Source: a virus (lineage: Duplodnaviria; Caudoviricetes). From it: a DNA stretch of 27,087 nucleotides. Of the stretch, positions 6,208 to 13,979 are shown piece after piece. Position 1 is the stretch's first letter. Every line of letters begins with the position of its first letter. The DNA lies in the IMG/VR virus record IMGVR_UViG_3300009184_000167, positions 1-27,087 of that record; one strand, given 5' to 3'. A program made the position numbers and the translations under genes. Below the pieces are notes generated by a model, which saw only the letters and a list, made by a program, of their open reading frames with translations, was not told the DNA's origin and searched no databases.

Positions 6208-6232
6208 TACTCGCCGGTGCCTGAAAACAGGG
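6208..6232 (-). promoter_or_regulatory. conserved intergenic element copy 6 (divergent)
   Basis: + strand TACTCGCCGGTGCCTGAAAACAGGG, with ACC>GTG in the core; heads the whole left arm. Confidence 0.6.
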
Positions 6233-6518
6233 TCGTTCGCAATTCGCGAACTGCGGACAGCGGGTGTTACGGAACCTATGCCGGGCGAGTGGATGGGTAG
6301 AGGTTTGGTAACAGGACCCAGATTTAATTGGCTCGGGCCACCTTCACGACCGCGTGTTCCTTGTCCGACAACGCAAGCCCGCGCTGGCAAAGGACTTACG
6401 GCGACAGATCAAAGGCCCCGAGCCCCCCCTTTCGCGCCCGCCCCTCATGTAAATGCAGCCCCTGGATTTTTTCCCGTTTTTGAAAGGCCCCGACCCATAA
6501 AACAAGCAAGGAGCCACC

Positions 6519-7067
6519 ATGCCAAAGACCAGTTCAGTCGAGTCCCGCATCCGAGACCTCCAGAGCGAGTTCAGCCCTCGCCGAAACCCGGAAGATCCCT
6601 TTGAGGAGGGTCCTTTTGCGGCCGACAATCTCCCGCCCCCAACGCCCATGCCGGAAGTCATTCGTCGGCGACGCCCAATGGACTTCGCGTACCCGCGCGG
6701 CGAAGACAAGCCAATGACGCTAGACAGGCACGCCGGAGACGGCGACCCAATGGTCCTTGACATGGACCCCAGCCAGGTGCCGCCAAGCAAGCTGCACACC
6801 CCAGCCGGCCGGGAGTCGGTTCTCGGCTTCCTGACGTCCGGCAGCTCAAGTCTGCTGCCTCGTCCGCCTGTAGCGGGTGACGAGCACAACCCGCTGGACA
6901 CTGGCTACGGGGCTGATCCGTACCTCAACGACTCCTGGAAGGACGTGCGCGGAGCCAATGCCAGCCAGGACAAGTTCATCGGCAACCAGATGCGCACCAA
7001 CTCCATGTGGAAGAACTACGGCAAACCGCAGTCTCCAGGTGGCCGCCCCGTCGGACTTGGTGGTTAG
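6519..7067 (+). CDS. hypothetical Pro-rich protein, 182 aa
   Basis: ORF track; SD AAGGAG. Confidence 0.8.
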   Translation: MPKTSSVESRIRDLQSEFSPRRNPEDPFEEGPFAADNLPPPTPMPEVIRRRRPMDFAYPRGEDKPMTLDRHAGDGDPMVLDMDPSQVPPSKLHTPAGRESVLGFLTSGSSSLLPRPPVAGDEHNPLDTGYGADPYLNDSWKDVRGANASQDKFIGNQMRTNSMWKNYGKPQSPGGRPVGLGG

Positions 7068-7102
7068 CCCGTTCTGGTTCTTGTTTGACGACGAGTTGGG
7101 CC

Positions 7103-7131
7103 TTGCGCGCTTTTCCTAAGGCGTGTACAAC
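7103..7131 (+). promoter_or_regulatory. sigma70-like promoter upstream of ssb
   Basis: TTGCGC-N17-TACAAC. Confidence 0.5.
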
Positions 7132-7170
7132 CGTGCGCTAGTTCGGTAACCCTAGCGCAAGGAGGCTCTC

Positions 7171-7527
7171 ATGATTGAGGCCACAGTCACAGGAAACGTA
7201 GGCCGCATGCCTGAGGTGCGGATGACCAAGACCGGCAAGCAGATGGCGAACTTCTCGGTTGCCTCTAGCTCCAAGACCCCAACCGGCGAGCAGACCACCT
7301 GGCTCGACGTCGTGGTGTTCGATGAGCAGGCCGACATCGTCGCCGAGTCGCTCCAGCCAGGAGACCGCGTGGTGATTCGCGGCAACCTGCAGCTCGAGCA
7401 GTACACCAAGAAGGACGGCACGACTGGCACGTCGCTGCGCTTGCTGGCCAACGAGGTCGGCAAGAGCCTGCGGTGGCGCAAGCGTGACCGCTCCGAGAAC
7501 CACGAAGAAGAGCTCGTGGGCTTCTAG
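7171..7527 (+). CDS. ssb: single-stranded DNA-binding protein
   Basis: GNVGRMPEVRMT..ANFSVA..TTWLDVVVF..GDRVVIRGNL..YTKKDG OB-fold signature; acidic tail ending in F; SD AAGGAGG. Confidence 0.95.
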   Translation: MIEATVTGNVGRMPEVRMTKTGKQMANFSVASSSKTPTGEQTTWLDVVVFDEQADIVAESLQPGDRVVIRGNLQLEQYTKKDGTTGTSLRLLANEVGKSLRWRKRDRSENHEEELVGF

Positions 7528-7635
7528 GCATTCTGCGCGGCTGACCGAATGGGAAGGGATGCCCGTTCGGCGGCTGCCAAGAATGCTTGATCGCGGCAAC
7601 CCAGTCTATTTCGTTAGAATCGCTACTACAGAGCG

Positions 7636-7665
7636 TTGACACCCCCAGACTGGGCGGGAGACAAT
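7636..7665 (+). promoter_or_regulatory. sigma70-like promoter
   Basis: TTGACA-N18-GACAAT, 44 nt before the ATG at 7710. Confidence 0.5.
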
Positions 7666-7709
7666 GTTAGCGTTGGCCTATCTAGTGGCAGCAGACAGGG
7701 AGCACCACA

Positions 7710-7925
7710 ATGAGTAGCGGACAAGAACAAGCCTGCTTGACATGCAGGTTTTTCGACAGGGCGACGAGCGACAGCGAGCAGGGGGAGTGCCGGCGTCACG
7801 CCCCCCTTCCGGCGGCGGTGGAAGACGCAGAGCTGCGCGTAGTTGACGCGCTCTGGCCACAAGTACTCATCGAGGAGTGGTGCGGAGAATGGGAACCAAA
7901 GACAGCGACATCGTCACGCGGCTAG
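7710..7925 (+). CDS. small Cys-rich, probably metal-binding protein
   Basis: CxxC...GECRRHAP...WP...WCGEW; SD GGGAG. Confidence 0.8.
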   Translation: MSSGQEQACLTCRFFDRATSDSEQGECRRHAPLPAAVEDAELRVVDALWPQVLIEEWCGEWEPKTATSSRG

Positions 7926-8317
7926 ATCGCTGGGCAATCGAAGCCGGCTCAGTGCCCGCATCCGACCTTATGGACGAGGCGGCGGCCGAGATTGAGCGGT
8001 TGCGCGAAGCCATCCGACGCCTCGCGGATCAAGACGCCACGTTGTCAGTGGTCAGCGGCAGTGTGATCGTCCAAATGGACTGTCAAGATTCCTCGCAAGA
8101 AAACTTTCCGGCACCGGAAAATGCGGCCAAGCAGGAAACCCCCTGCCCGCACGTCGTTGGCACTACAACACAGTACTGCTCCCTGACGCCGTTCGCGCTC
8201 ACCAACGAGGAGCGGGAGGCGGTGGAGGAGTGCATCAAGTTTGCGTTTCCGATGAGCCACCCCACAGCCGCTACGCTCCGCTCCCTGCTGGCCCGTCTGT
8301 CGCCACCAGCGACATGA
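7889..8317 (+). CDS. hypothetical protein (DIVTRL..EAAAEIERLR; C-terminal LTNEERE..ATLRSLL)
   Basis: ORF track 7877..8317; ATG at 7889 preferred. Confidence 0.75.
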   Translation: MGTKDSDIVTRLDRWAIEAGSVPASDLMDEAAAEIERLREAIRRLADQDATLSVVSGSVIVQMDCQDSSQENFPAPENAAKQETPCPHVVGTTTQYCSLTPFALTNEEREAVEECIKFAFPMSHPTAATLRSLLARLSPPAT

Positions 8318-8363
8318 GCCCCGAACGTATTTCAAAAGCAACGGAAAACGAACAGTTCCCAAT

Positions 8364-8507
8364 ATGAGTAGCCACCTCATAGCCCTGACCGGCTGCATCT
8401 ACGCCTACGTCTCAGCGGAGCAGTTCTTTCGCGGGAATCCAGGCTTAGGTATCGCGTACATGGGGTACGCCTTTGCGAATGTTGGGCTGTACCTGGTGGC
8501 CAAGTAG
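8364..8507 (+). CDS. small membrane protein, 47 aa (MSSHLIALTGCIYAYVSAEQFFRGNPGLGIAYMGYAFANVGLYLVAK)
   Basis: Not in the ORF track. Two hydrophobic segments; fills the gap between genes. Confidence 0.7.
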   Translation: MSSHLIALTGCIYAYVSAEQFFRGNPGLGIAYMGYAFANVGLYLVAK

Positions 8508-8540
8508 CCCTGTCGCCTGCCTGCGGGACATAAATCCTGC

Positions 8541-8939
8541 ATGGCTAACGAAGACAAGTACGGCGCAGTGCGCCCAGCGCCTCCCCAGCAGTTCACTCGC
8601 GGAGAAGTCCCGAGCATTGAAGGGTCGGTCAAGCGGCTGACCGGAGTGACGCTGCCGTTTGCGGACCTCTCTCGCGGGCCAGGTTCGCTCGCCGGCAACG
8701 CCGCCGTTATCGGCAGCAGCCCCTTACTGTCCGGCCTCATCTCACCTCCGGTATACGCCGAGAACGAGATCTTCCCGCGCAACCCGACTAGCCAGGACGT
8801 CGAGGTTCTGAGCAGTCCGGCGCGCTGGGAGCCAGATCCCGCCGGAGACATGCGCCAGCTTCTGAACAGGCGGCCAAGAGCGCTAGACGGCCTGCGTGCA
8901 TCGCGCGGCGGACCGATGATGCCAGGCGAAGGAGCCTAG
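8541..8939 (+). CDS. hypothetical protein, 132 aa
   Basis: ORF track; tightly packed with the next gene. Confidence 0.7.
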   Translation: MANEDKYGAVRPAPPQQFTRGEVPSIEGSVKRLTGVTLPFADLSRGPGSLAGNAAVIGSSPLLSGLISPPVYAENEIFPRNPTSQDVEVLSSPARWEPDPAGDMRQLLNRRPRALDGLRASRGGPMMPGEGA

Positions 8940-8941
8940 CG

Positions 8942-10273
8942 ATGAACGGACTCATCGAGGCTTACACGGAATCTCCCGACCCTGATGCAAAACGGCGCAT
9001 TGCTGAGGCCAAGAAGCTGGCCGCAAACTACATCTCTGCCGACATCTCCCGGCTGGCTGAGAATCAGCCCCACGTTGCGCAGACGCCGGACGAGATGGTG
9101 GGCAGGGCGGTGCCGGCCAGGATCCGACCAGAGATGGCCGACCAGGTGCGTTACGGATTCCAGCCTGGAGTCAATGAGTACGGCGAGCCCATGTCTCTCA
9201 TCGACGATAACGCCGCCAACCGCGTTGCCGACACGATCGAGAGGCGCTACGGCACGTTTGAGAACCAGCCAAGCTGGCGAAACGCAGACGACTACGCCAA
9301 AGCCGGTGCCGAGTACGCCAAGACCAACGCCGACCAGCACTACGGCTCAGCAGATGAGGCCTACACGGCGTCCAGGCAGCTGCTTTCCCCAGAGCGGTAC
9401 GCCTACATGCAGGATGTAGGGCGCACGGTCGACCTACTCAGGGGCCTAAAGGACACGCCGGTCACGTCCGTTGGAACCTACAAGAACAGCTACAAGCAGC
9501 CCCTCGCCAGAGACGGGCTGAATATCGCCAACTACAGGCGGTTCGGCGACGGGAGCGTGGCGCAGGATTTCTTTAGCGACCCAACGTCGCCAGTGGCCTG
9601 GTATCTGCGCACGTCCAACTATATTCCCACGACGATCCGCAGCACGTCGGACAGCGCCAGCACGGCACTGGTAAATGCTCTAGGCCAGACCAACTTTACC
9701 AACCGATTCCGGCTCGGTCCTGTGGCTGTCATGGACCTGCCGTCGAATGCCACGCCGGAGCAGTACAGGCAGCGTGCCGCTGAGGTGGAAAAGCTCGCTC
9801 GAGACGTTGCGCCACCTAGCTGGCAGCATGTGGTTGGGAAAGCGCCTCCCGTAGTGGCCGATGCCGTAGGTTTCTTCGGGGAAATGCTGGATCCGTCGCT
9901 ATTTGCGTCCTATGCGACCGGCGCTCCTGGAATGCTGGCAGGACTTAGGACGGCCCCAAGCCTGGCCTCCAAAGCGGCATCAGCAACAGGCGCGTTTTTA
10001 CGCAACGCAGTGGGGGAGCTGAAGCCTGAGGCCATGTTTGCAGCTCCGCAGTGGGCTGCGCAGGCTTCCATGCCGGCAGAGCGCACCTGGCAGGACTATC
10101 TGTTTGGTTCCGGGCAGCCAGAGCAGAGAAACCCTGAAGTCACGACACGGGCAGCCAACATCCTGGACGCACTGAGGCGCAACAGCCCTCAGGACATCTG
10201 GGATGCACGCAACCGACACTACCCGCTGCCAATGCCCGTAGCTCGAGAAGCCGACGTGGGGGCAATGTACTAA
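8942..10273 (+). CDS. hypothetical protein, 443 aa (possible internal virion protein)
   Basis: Long Ala-rich ORF with SD AAGGAG, upstream of the head genes; function inferred from position only. Confidence 0.75.
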   Translation: MNGLIEAYTESPDPDAKRRIAEAKKLAANYISADISRLAENQPHVAQTPDEMVGRAVPARIRPEMADQVRYGFQPGVNEYGEPMSLIDDNAANRVADTIERRYGTFENQPSWRNADDYAKAGAEYAKTNADQHYGSADEAYTASRQLLSPERYAYMQDVGRTVDLLRGLKDTPVTSVGTYKNSYKQPLARDGLNIANYRRFGDGSVAQDFFSDPTSPVAWYLRTSNYIPTTIRSTSDSASTALVNALGQTNFTNRFRLGPVAVMDLPSNATPEQYRQRAAEVEKLARDVAPPSWQHVVGKAPPVVADAVGFFGEMLDPSLFASYATGAPGMLAGLRTAPSLASKAASATGAFLRNAVGELKPEAMFAAPQWAAQASMPAERTWQDYLFGSGQPEQRNPEVTTRAANILDALRRNSPQDIWDARNRHYPLPMPVAREADVGAMY

Positions 10274-10342
10274 CGTCGCGCGCTGGCATGCACGCACGTA
10301 CACTATTTCGCAGGTCCAGCACACAAACCTGCGGAGAGTCGC

Positions 10343-11458
10343 ATGTCCGACGAAGCACTGCTCGAGTCCGACGCACCAGAATCACAGGTAACGCAAGATG
10401 TCGGCGGCGAGTCGCAAGCCAGCGAGCCCTCGACGTCGCAAGCCACTGCGCCGGCCGCGCAGGCCGAGCCGACCATCTGGACCTCCTTCCGTGCTCTGCC
10501 TGACTTCCAGGGGCAAGACGACCGTCAAATTGCTGGGAGGCTCTACGCTTCTCTCGAGCGAGAGAAAGCAGCAACAAAAGCTCTCCAGCAATACCAACAG
10601 CTCATCCCGTACGCCCAAGAGTACCTGACTCACCGACCGCAGTTCGAGGCGTTCCTTAAGAGTCAGCAGCAGCCCGCGCCACAGCCGCAGGCGCCCGCCC
10701 AGCCACAGCAGCCAGAGCAGTCCAAGTGGTGGAATCCCCCGCAGCTCCGCGACAGCTACAAGCGGTTCATCGTCAAGGACGAGCAGGGCCGCGAGACGAT
10801 CGACCAGAACGCACCGCCGTCGGCGCGCGAAGAACTGTACGAGTACATGAAGTACCGTGCGGACTTCGCCCAGAAGTTCCTCACCGACCCGCAGGCCGCC
10901 ATTGGCCCAATGGTCGAGCAGGTCGCCGCCGAGCGTGCCAAACAGATCGTTGAGCAGCAGCTCCGCGAAGTCGGCGAAGCCGGATACGTCTCCACTCTGG
11001 AGAAAGACAACTCCGACTGGCTCTATGAAAAAGACGGAACCACGCCCACGCGCGAAGGCTTGATGATTCAGAAGTACATCGAGCAGGCTGCGCAGAACGG
11101 ATACTCCACGCCGCAAGGACGTTGGCAGTACGCGTGCGACATGGTTGAGCGCGACCTGCTGCGAGAAGCGATGGACATTCAAAAGTCGCGACAGCAAGCG
11201 CCACAGTTCGCTGCGCCGCAGCAGCACGGCTTGCCAGCTCCTCAGCAACTTGCGCTTCCTGCGCCGACAGCATCTGCTGTGCCATCAGCAGCACCGCCGG
11301 CACAAAATCAAGCAGAGAAGGACATAGAATATTTGAGAAGGGAAGCGAGCAGGAACCCGAGTCGGTCACAGCCGGCAACGGACCCTCGAATTCCCAAAGG
11401 ACCAATGACCTTCGAACAACGCCTGCGCTCTCAAATGAGACGCGACGGCATCGAGTGA
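10343..11458 (+). CDS. putative capsid scaffolding protein
   Basis: Acidic disordered N-terminus, Q/A/P-rich helical protein with basic C-terminus, immediately before the MCP. Confidence 0.65.
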   Translation: MSDEALLESDAPESQVTQDVGGESQASEPSTSQATAPAAQAEPTIWTSFRALPDFQGQDDRQIAGRLYASLEREKAATKALQQYQQLIPYAQEYLTHRPQFEAFLKSQQQPAPQPQAPAQPQQPEQSKWWNPPQLRDSYKRFIVKDEQGRETIDQNAPPSAREELYEYMKYRADFAQKFLTDPQAAIGPMVEQVAAERAKQIVEQQLREVGEAGYVSTLEKDNSDWLYEKDGTTPTREGLMIQKYIEQAAQNGYSTPQGRWQYACDMVERDLLREAMDIQKSRQQAPQFAAPQQHGLPAPQQLALPAPTASAVPSAAPPAQNQAEKDIEYLRREASRNPSRSQPATDPRIPKGPMTFEQRLRSQMRRDGIE

Positions 11459-11468
11459 AAGGCAGCAA

Positions 11469-12641
11469 ATGGCCAGCAATACCGACTGGGCACGTACGAT
11501 CGGGACGACTCTCGTCAACCACCTCAAGGAAGAGGAGCTGACGACCTTCCGCAAGTTCAAGGTCTTTGCCGCTCTCGAAGCGAACGGCAAGGTCGCGATG
11601 AACCAGGGCGGGCGAGGCTTCGACTGGCAGGTTCGCTTTAAGAATCAGCCCGTGACCTCGAACAATGGTGAGTCGCCGCGTATCTTTGCTCGCCACAACC
11701 TGTGGCAGCGTGCCAACCTCCCCTATCGTGGCTACAGCGTCACGGATCAGGTGAGCAAGCGGGAAATGCTGGAAAATCGCGGCGCGCAGGCCCTGATCGA
11801 CGTGGCCGGCAAAATGGCGAGCCGGCTTCAGGAGTCGATGGAGCAGTACCTGTCGAGCGAGGTTTACGTCGACGGCAATGCTACCGGCAACGAGAACCGG
11901 TGGCACGGCCTCGAGTCCATTTTTGCGTACGACGGAACGATCAACGTGTCGACTGGCGCCAAGCGTGGCACCGGCACGTCGCCTGGCTCGAGCTCTGCTC
12001 CAGACCCGTTCGCTTACCCAAGCGACGTGTACGCTGGCCTGAACACCGATCTCGGCTACCTCGCCGGGTCGCTCAAGCCGATCACTCCGACGCCGTCGAA
12101 GAACTCGTGGCCGCTTGTTCCGGCTGACCCTGAGTACGACTACTATGCCCCGATCATCTGCAACTACACGAGCACCTACTTTGCTGGCTCAACCGGCACG
12201 AGTCTGGCTGCTTCGTGGCAGGGCAACTGCGTCGAGGCTATCCGCGAGGCAGTCAACCACGCGAAGCGGAACGACACGAAGGAAAACCAGATCGACATGA
12301 TCCTCCTGGATCGTGCGCTCTACATCCAGTTCCTCAACCGGCTGGACGCACGCGAGCGAGCCATCGTCTCGAAGAGCAACGGCCTCCGCAGCTATGGATT
12401 CGGGGACGTCGTGGAAATCGACGGAATCGAAGTCTCGACCGAGTATGCCGTTCCTCCGGGCGTCGGGTACGGCCTCTCGATCGGGAACATGGAGCTGAAG
12501 TGCATGGAAGGCCAGCTCATGACGGCGGAGGGCCCCTTCTACAACGAGGAGCTCCAAAGCCACCGGTACGCGGTGTCGGTCCTGGCAAACATCAAGATGA
12601 AGAGCCCGCGCAACTTCATCAAGTTCGCGGCTATCGCCTGA
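11469..12641 (+). CDS. major capsid protein
   Basis: 390 aa; HK97-fold-like layout (..LIDVAGKMASRLQESMEQYLSSEVYVDG..WHGLESI.., ..YGFGDVVEIDGIEV.., C-terminal MKSPRNF); follows the scaffold. Confidence 0.85.
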   Translation: MASNTDWARTIGTTLVNHLKEEELTTFRKFKVFAALEANGKVAMNQGGRGFDWQVRFKNQPVTSNNGESPRIFARHNLWQRANLPYRGYSVTDQVSKREMLENRGAQALIDVAGKMASRLQESMEQYLSSEVYVDGNATGNENRWHGLESIFAYDGTINVSTGAKRGTGTSPGSSSAPDPFAYPSDVYAGLNTDLGYLAGSLKPITPTPSKNSWPLVPADPEYDYYAPIICNYTSTYFAGSTGTSLAASWQGNCVEAIREAVNHAKRNDTKENQIDMILLDRALYIQFLNRLDARERAIVSKSNGLRSYGFGDVVEIDGIEVSTEYAVPPGVGYGLSIGNMELKCMEGQLMTAEGPFYNEELQSHRYAVSVLANIKMKSPRNFIKFAAIA

Positions 12642-12659
12642 TCTTAAGGAAAGGAACTC

Positions 12660-13193
12660 ATGAGCACTCTGACTGCTGATCCTGGATTTCCTCGTGGCTC
12701 GGTTCTGGGCATTCTCTGGAAGGCCTACGACGCCGAGAACGGCGACGGCTCGAACGTCACCGGCTGCTTCAAGGAATTCCTCGACACGTCCCCTTCGACC
12801 GGCAAGCTGAACTCGAATCGCGGTGTCATGTGCATCTGCGTGAAGAACTCCAGCGGCAGCGCCCTGCTGCCAGGCTCGGTGGCGAAGTTCAAGGACGGCT
12901 CTCTGACGGAAGTGGACGGCCTTGCCACCACGTCGACGCTGCGGATGGGTGTTGTTGACGAGTACCTCCCGGCCGCCGGCGTGGCGAACGGCGAGGTGTT
13001 CTGGCTGGTGGTGAAGGGTCCGTCGACGGTCACCAAGACGGCAACTTCCGTCTCGGCTGGGGCAGGCTTTGGCCTGTCGGCAACCGCCGGATCTGCCGCC
13101 GCCGTCAGCACCAACCCGCTGCTCGGCTACGCGCTCGAGACCAGCGCTACCACGAGCACTCGCATCCTGCTGCGGACGGTCGAAGGCTACTAA
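12660..13193 (+). CDS. putative capsid decoration/cement protein
   Basis: G/S/T/A-rich 177 aa right after the MCP; GVVDEYL..GEVFWLVVKGP. Confidence 0.6.
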   Translation: MSTLTADPGFPRGSVLGILWKAYDAENGDGSNVTGCFKEFLDTSPSTGKLNSNRGVMCICVKNSSGSALLPGSVAKFKDGSLTEVDGLATTSTLRMGVVDEYLPAAGVANGEVFWLVVKGPSTVTKTATSVSAGAGFGLSATAGSAAAVSTNPLLGYALETSATTSTRILLRTVEGY

Positions 13194-13219
13194 GCAGTAG
13201 CGCAAGCATGGTTCGAATG

Positions 13220-13261
13220 CGGGGCGCATGGGGGCGAGTTTCCCATGCGCCCCGTCTCGTT
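13220..13261 (+). terminator. hairpin after the capsid operon
   Basis: CGGGGCGCATGGGG/TCCCATGCGCCCCG 14-bp stem followed by TCTCGTT (weak U tract). Confidence 0.65.
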
Positions 13262-13298
13262 AGCAGCGGCGCTACAATAGTCCTGAGGGACTGAACAA

Positions 13299-13979
13299 AT
13301 GTGCGCTACAGACGGCACGGTGTGTCGAGACTGCGGAAAGGCCTATCCGGCTGAGGCATTCCAGTTACCAGAATCTGGTAAGTCCAGCACTCGCTGTGCC
13401 TCTTGTCGCAAGGAGAAGAAGGCCGTCAAGCGCAAGGCCGAGCGCTCCAAGACCATGCACGACATCGAGGCCGGCGCCATTACGGCGTTCACGGCCACCG
13501 CCATCGCAGGTGGGCAGAACATCCCGCACAGCTGCGAAGTGCTTGAGCGCGTCATGGAGTACTTCGGAGGCGTCTCCGGGTTCTCTTCGCTCCTAGTCAA
13601 GCAGTACTTCGACAGCCCTCCAGGAAGCTCCCAGAGGGCCAAGATGCTCGAGGCCATCCTTCGCCTGGTCGTGAAGAACACGGAGCAGGGAGGGGCAAAG
13701 AAGCCGCTTGGGCAGTGGTCTGACGACGAGCTGGAGTCCGAGCTGGACGCCCGGCTCAAGGTCATTGCCGTTCAGTATCAAGGGAGGATTGTCGATGGGA
13801 CGTTCACGGAAGAAGCCGCAGGCGCCTCCGCCCCTGCCGTCGGTCTCACGGATGAGCGGGTTCCAGGCGGACCAGCTGAAGGAGATCCAGGCCGAGCTCG
13901 CCGACCGAAGAATCGAGGCGCTAAAGCTGTACAGCCCGACGCCGCAGCAGGCGGAGATGCACAAATGCAAGGCGAGTGA
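13299..13979 (+). CDS. putative terminase small subunit with N-terminal CxxC..CxxC zinc finger
   Basis: Directly upstream of and overlapping TerL; WSDDELESEL motif is typical of TerS-like C-termini. Confidence 0.55.
   Translation: MCATDGTVCRDCGKAYPAEAFQLPESGKSSTRCASCRKEKKAVKRKAERSKTMHDIEAGAITAFTATAIAGGQNIPHSCEVLERVMEYFGGVSGFSSLLVKQYFDSPPGSSQRAKMLEAILRLVVKNTEQGGAKKPLGQWSDDELESELDARLKVIAVQYQGRIVDGTFTEEAAGASAPAVGLTDERVPGGPAEGDPGRARRPKNRGAKAVQPDAAAGGDAQMQGE

Noticed and set aside
1142-6232. CRISPR array or integron attC interpretation of the six repeats
   Set aside because: Intervals are about 1 kb and contain several genes; no cas or integrase gene in the window; no attC RYYYAAC/GTTRRRY boxes.
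1142-6232. The repeat as a sigma70 or sigma28 promoter
   Set aside because: YTGWTT to TA spacing is 15 nt with no consistent TAnnnT; GGCGAGTA resembles the sigma28 -10 but there is no TAAA at the right distance.
6490-10308. Possible late-promoter word (CCCATAAAA near 6495, GACATAAAT near 8527, TACACTATT near 10299)
   Set aside because: Too short and degenerate to support from three instances.
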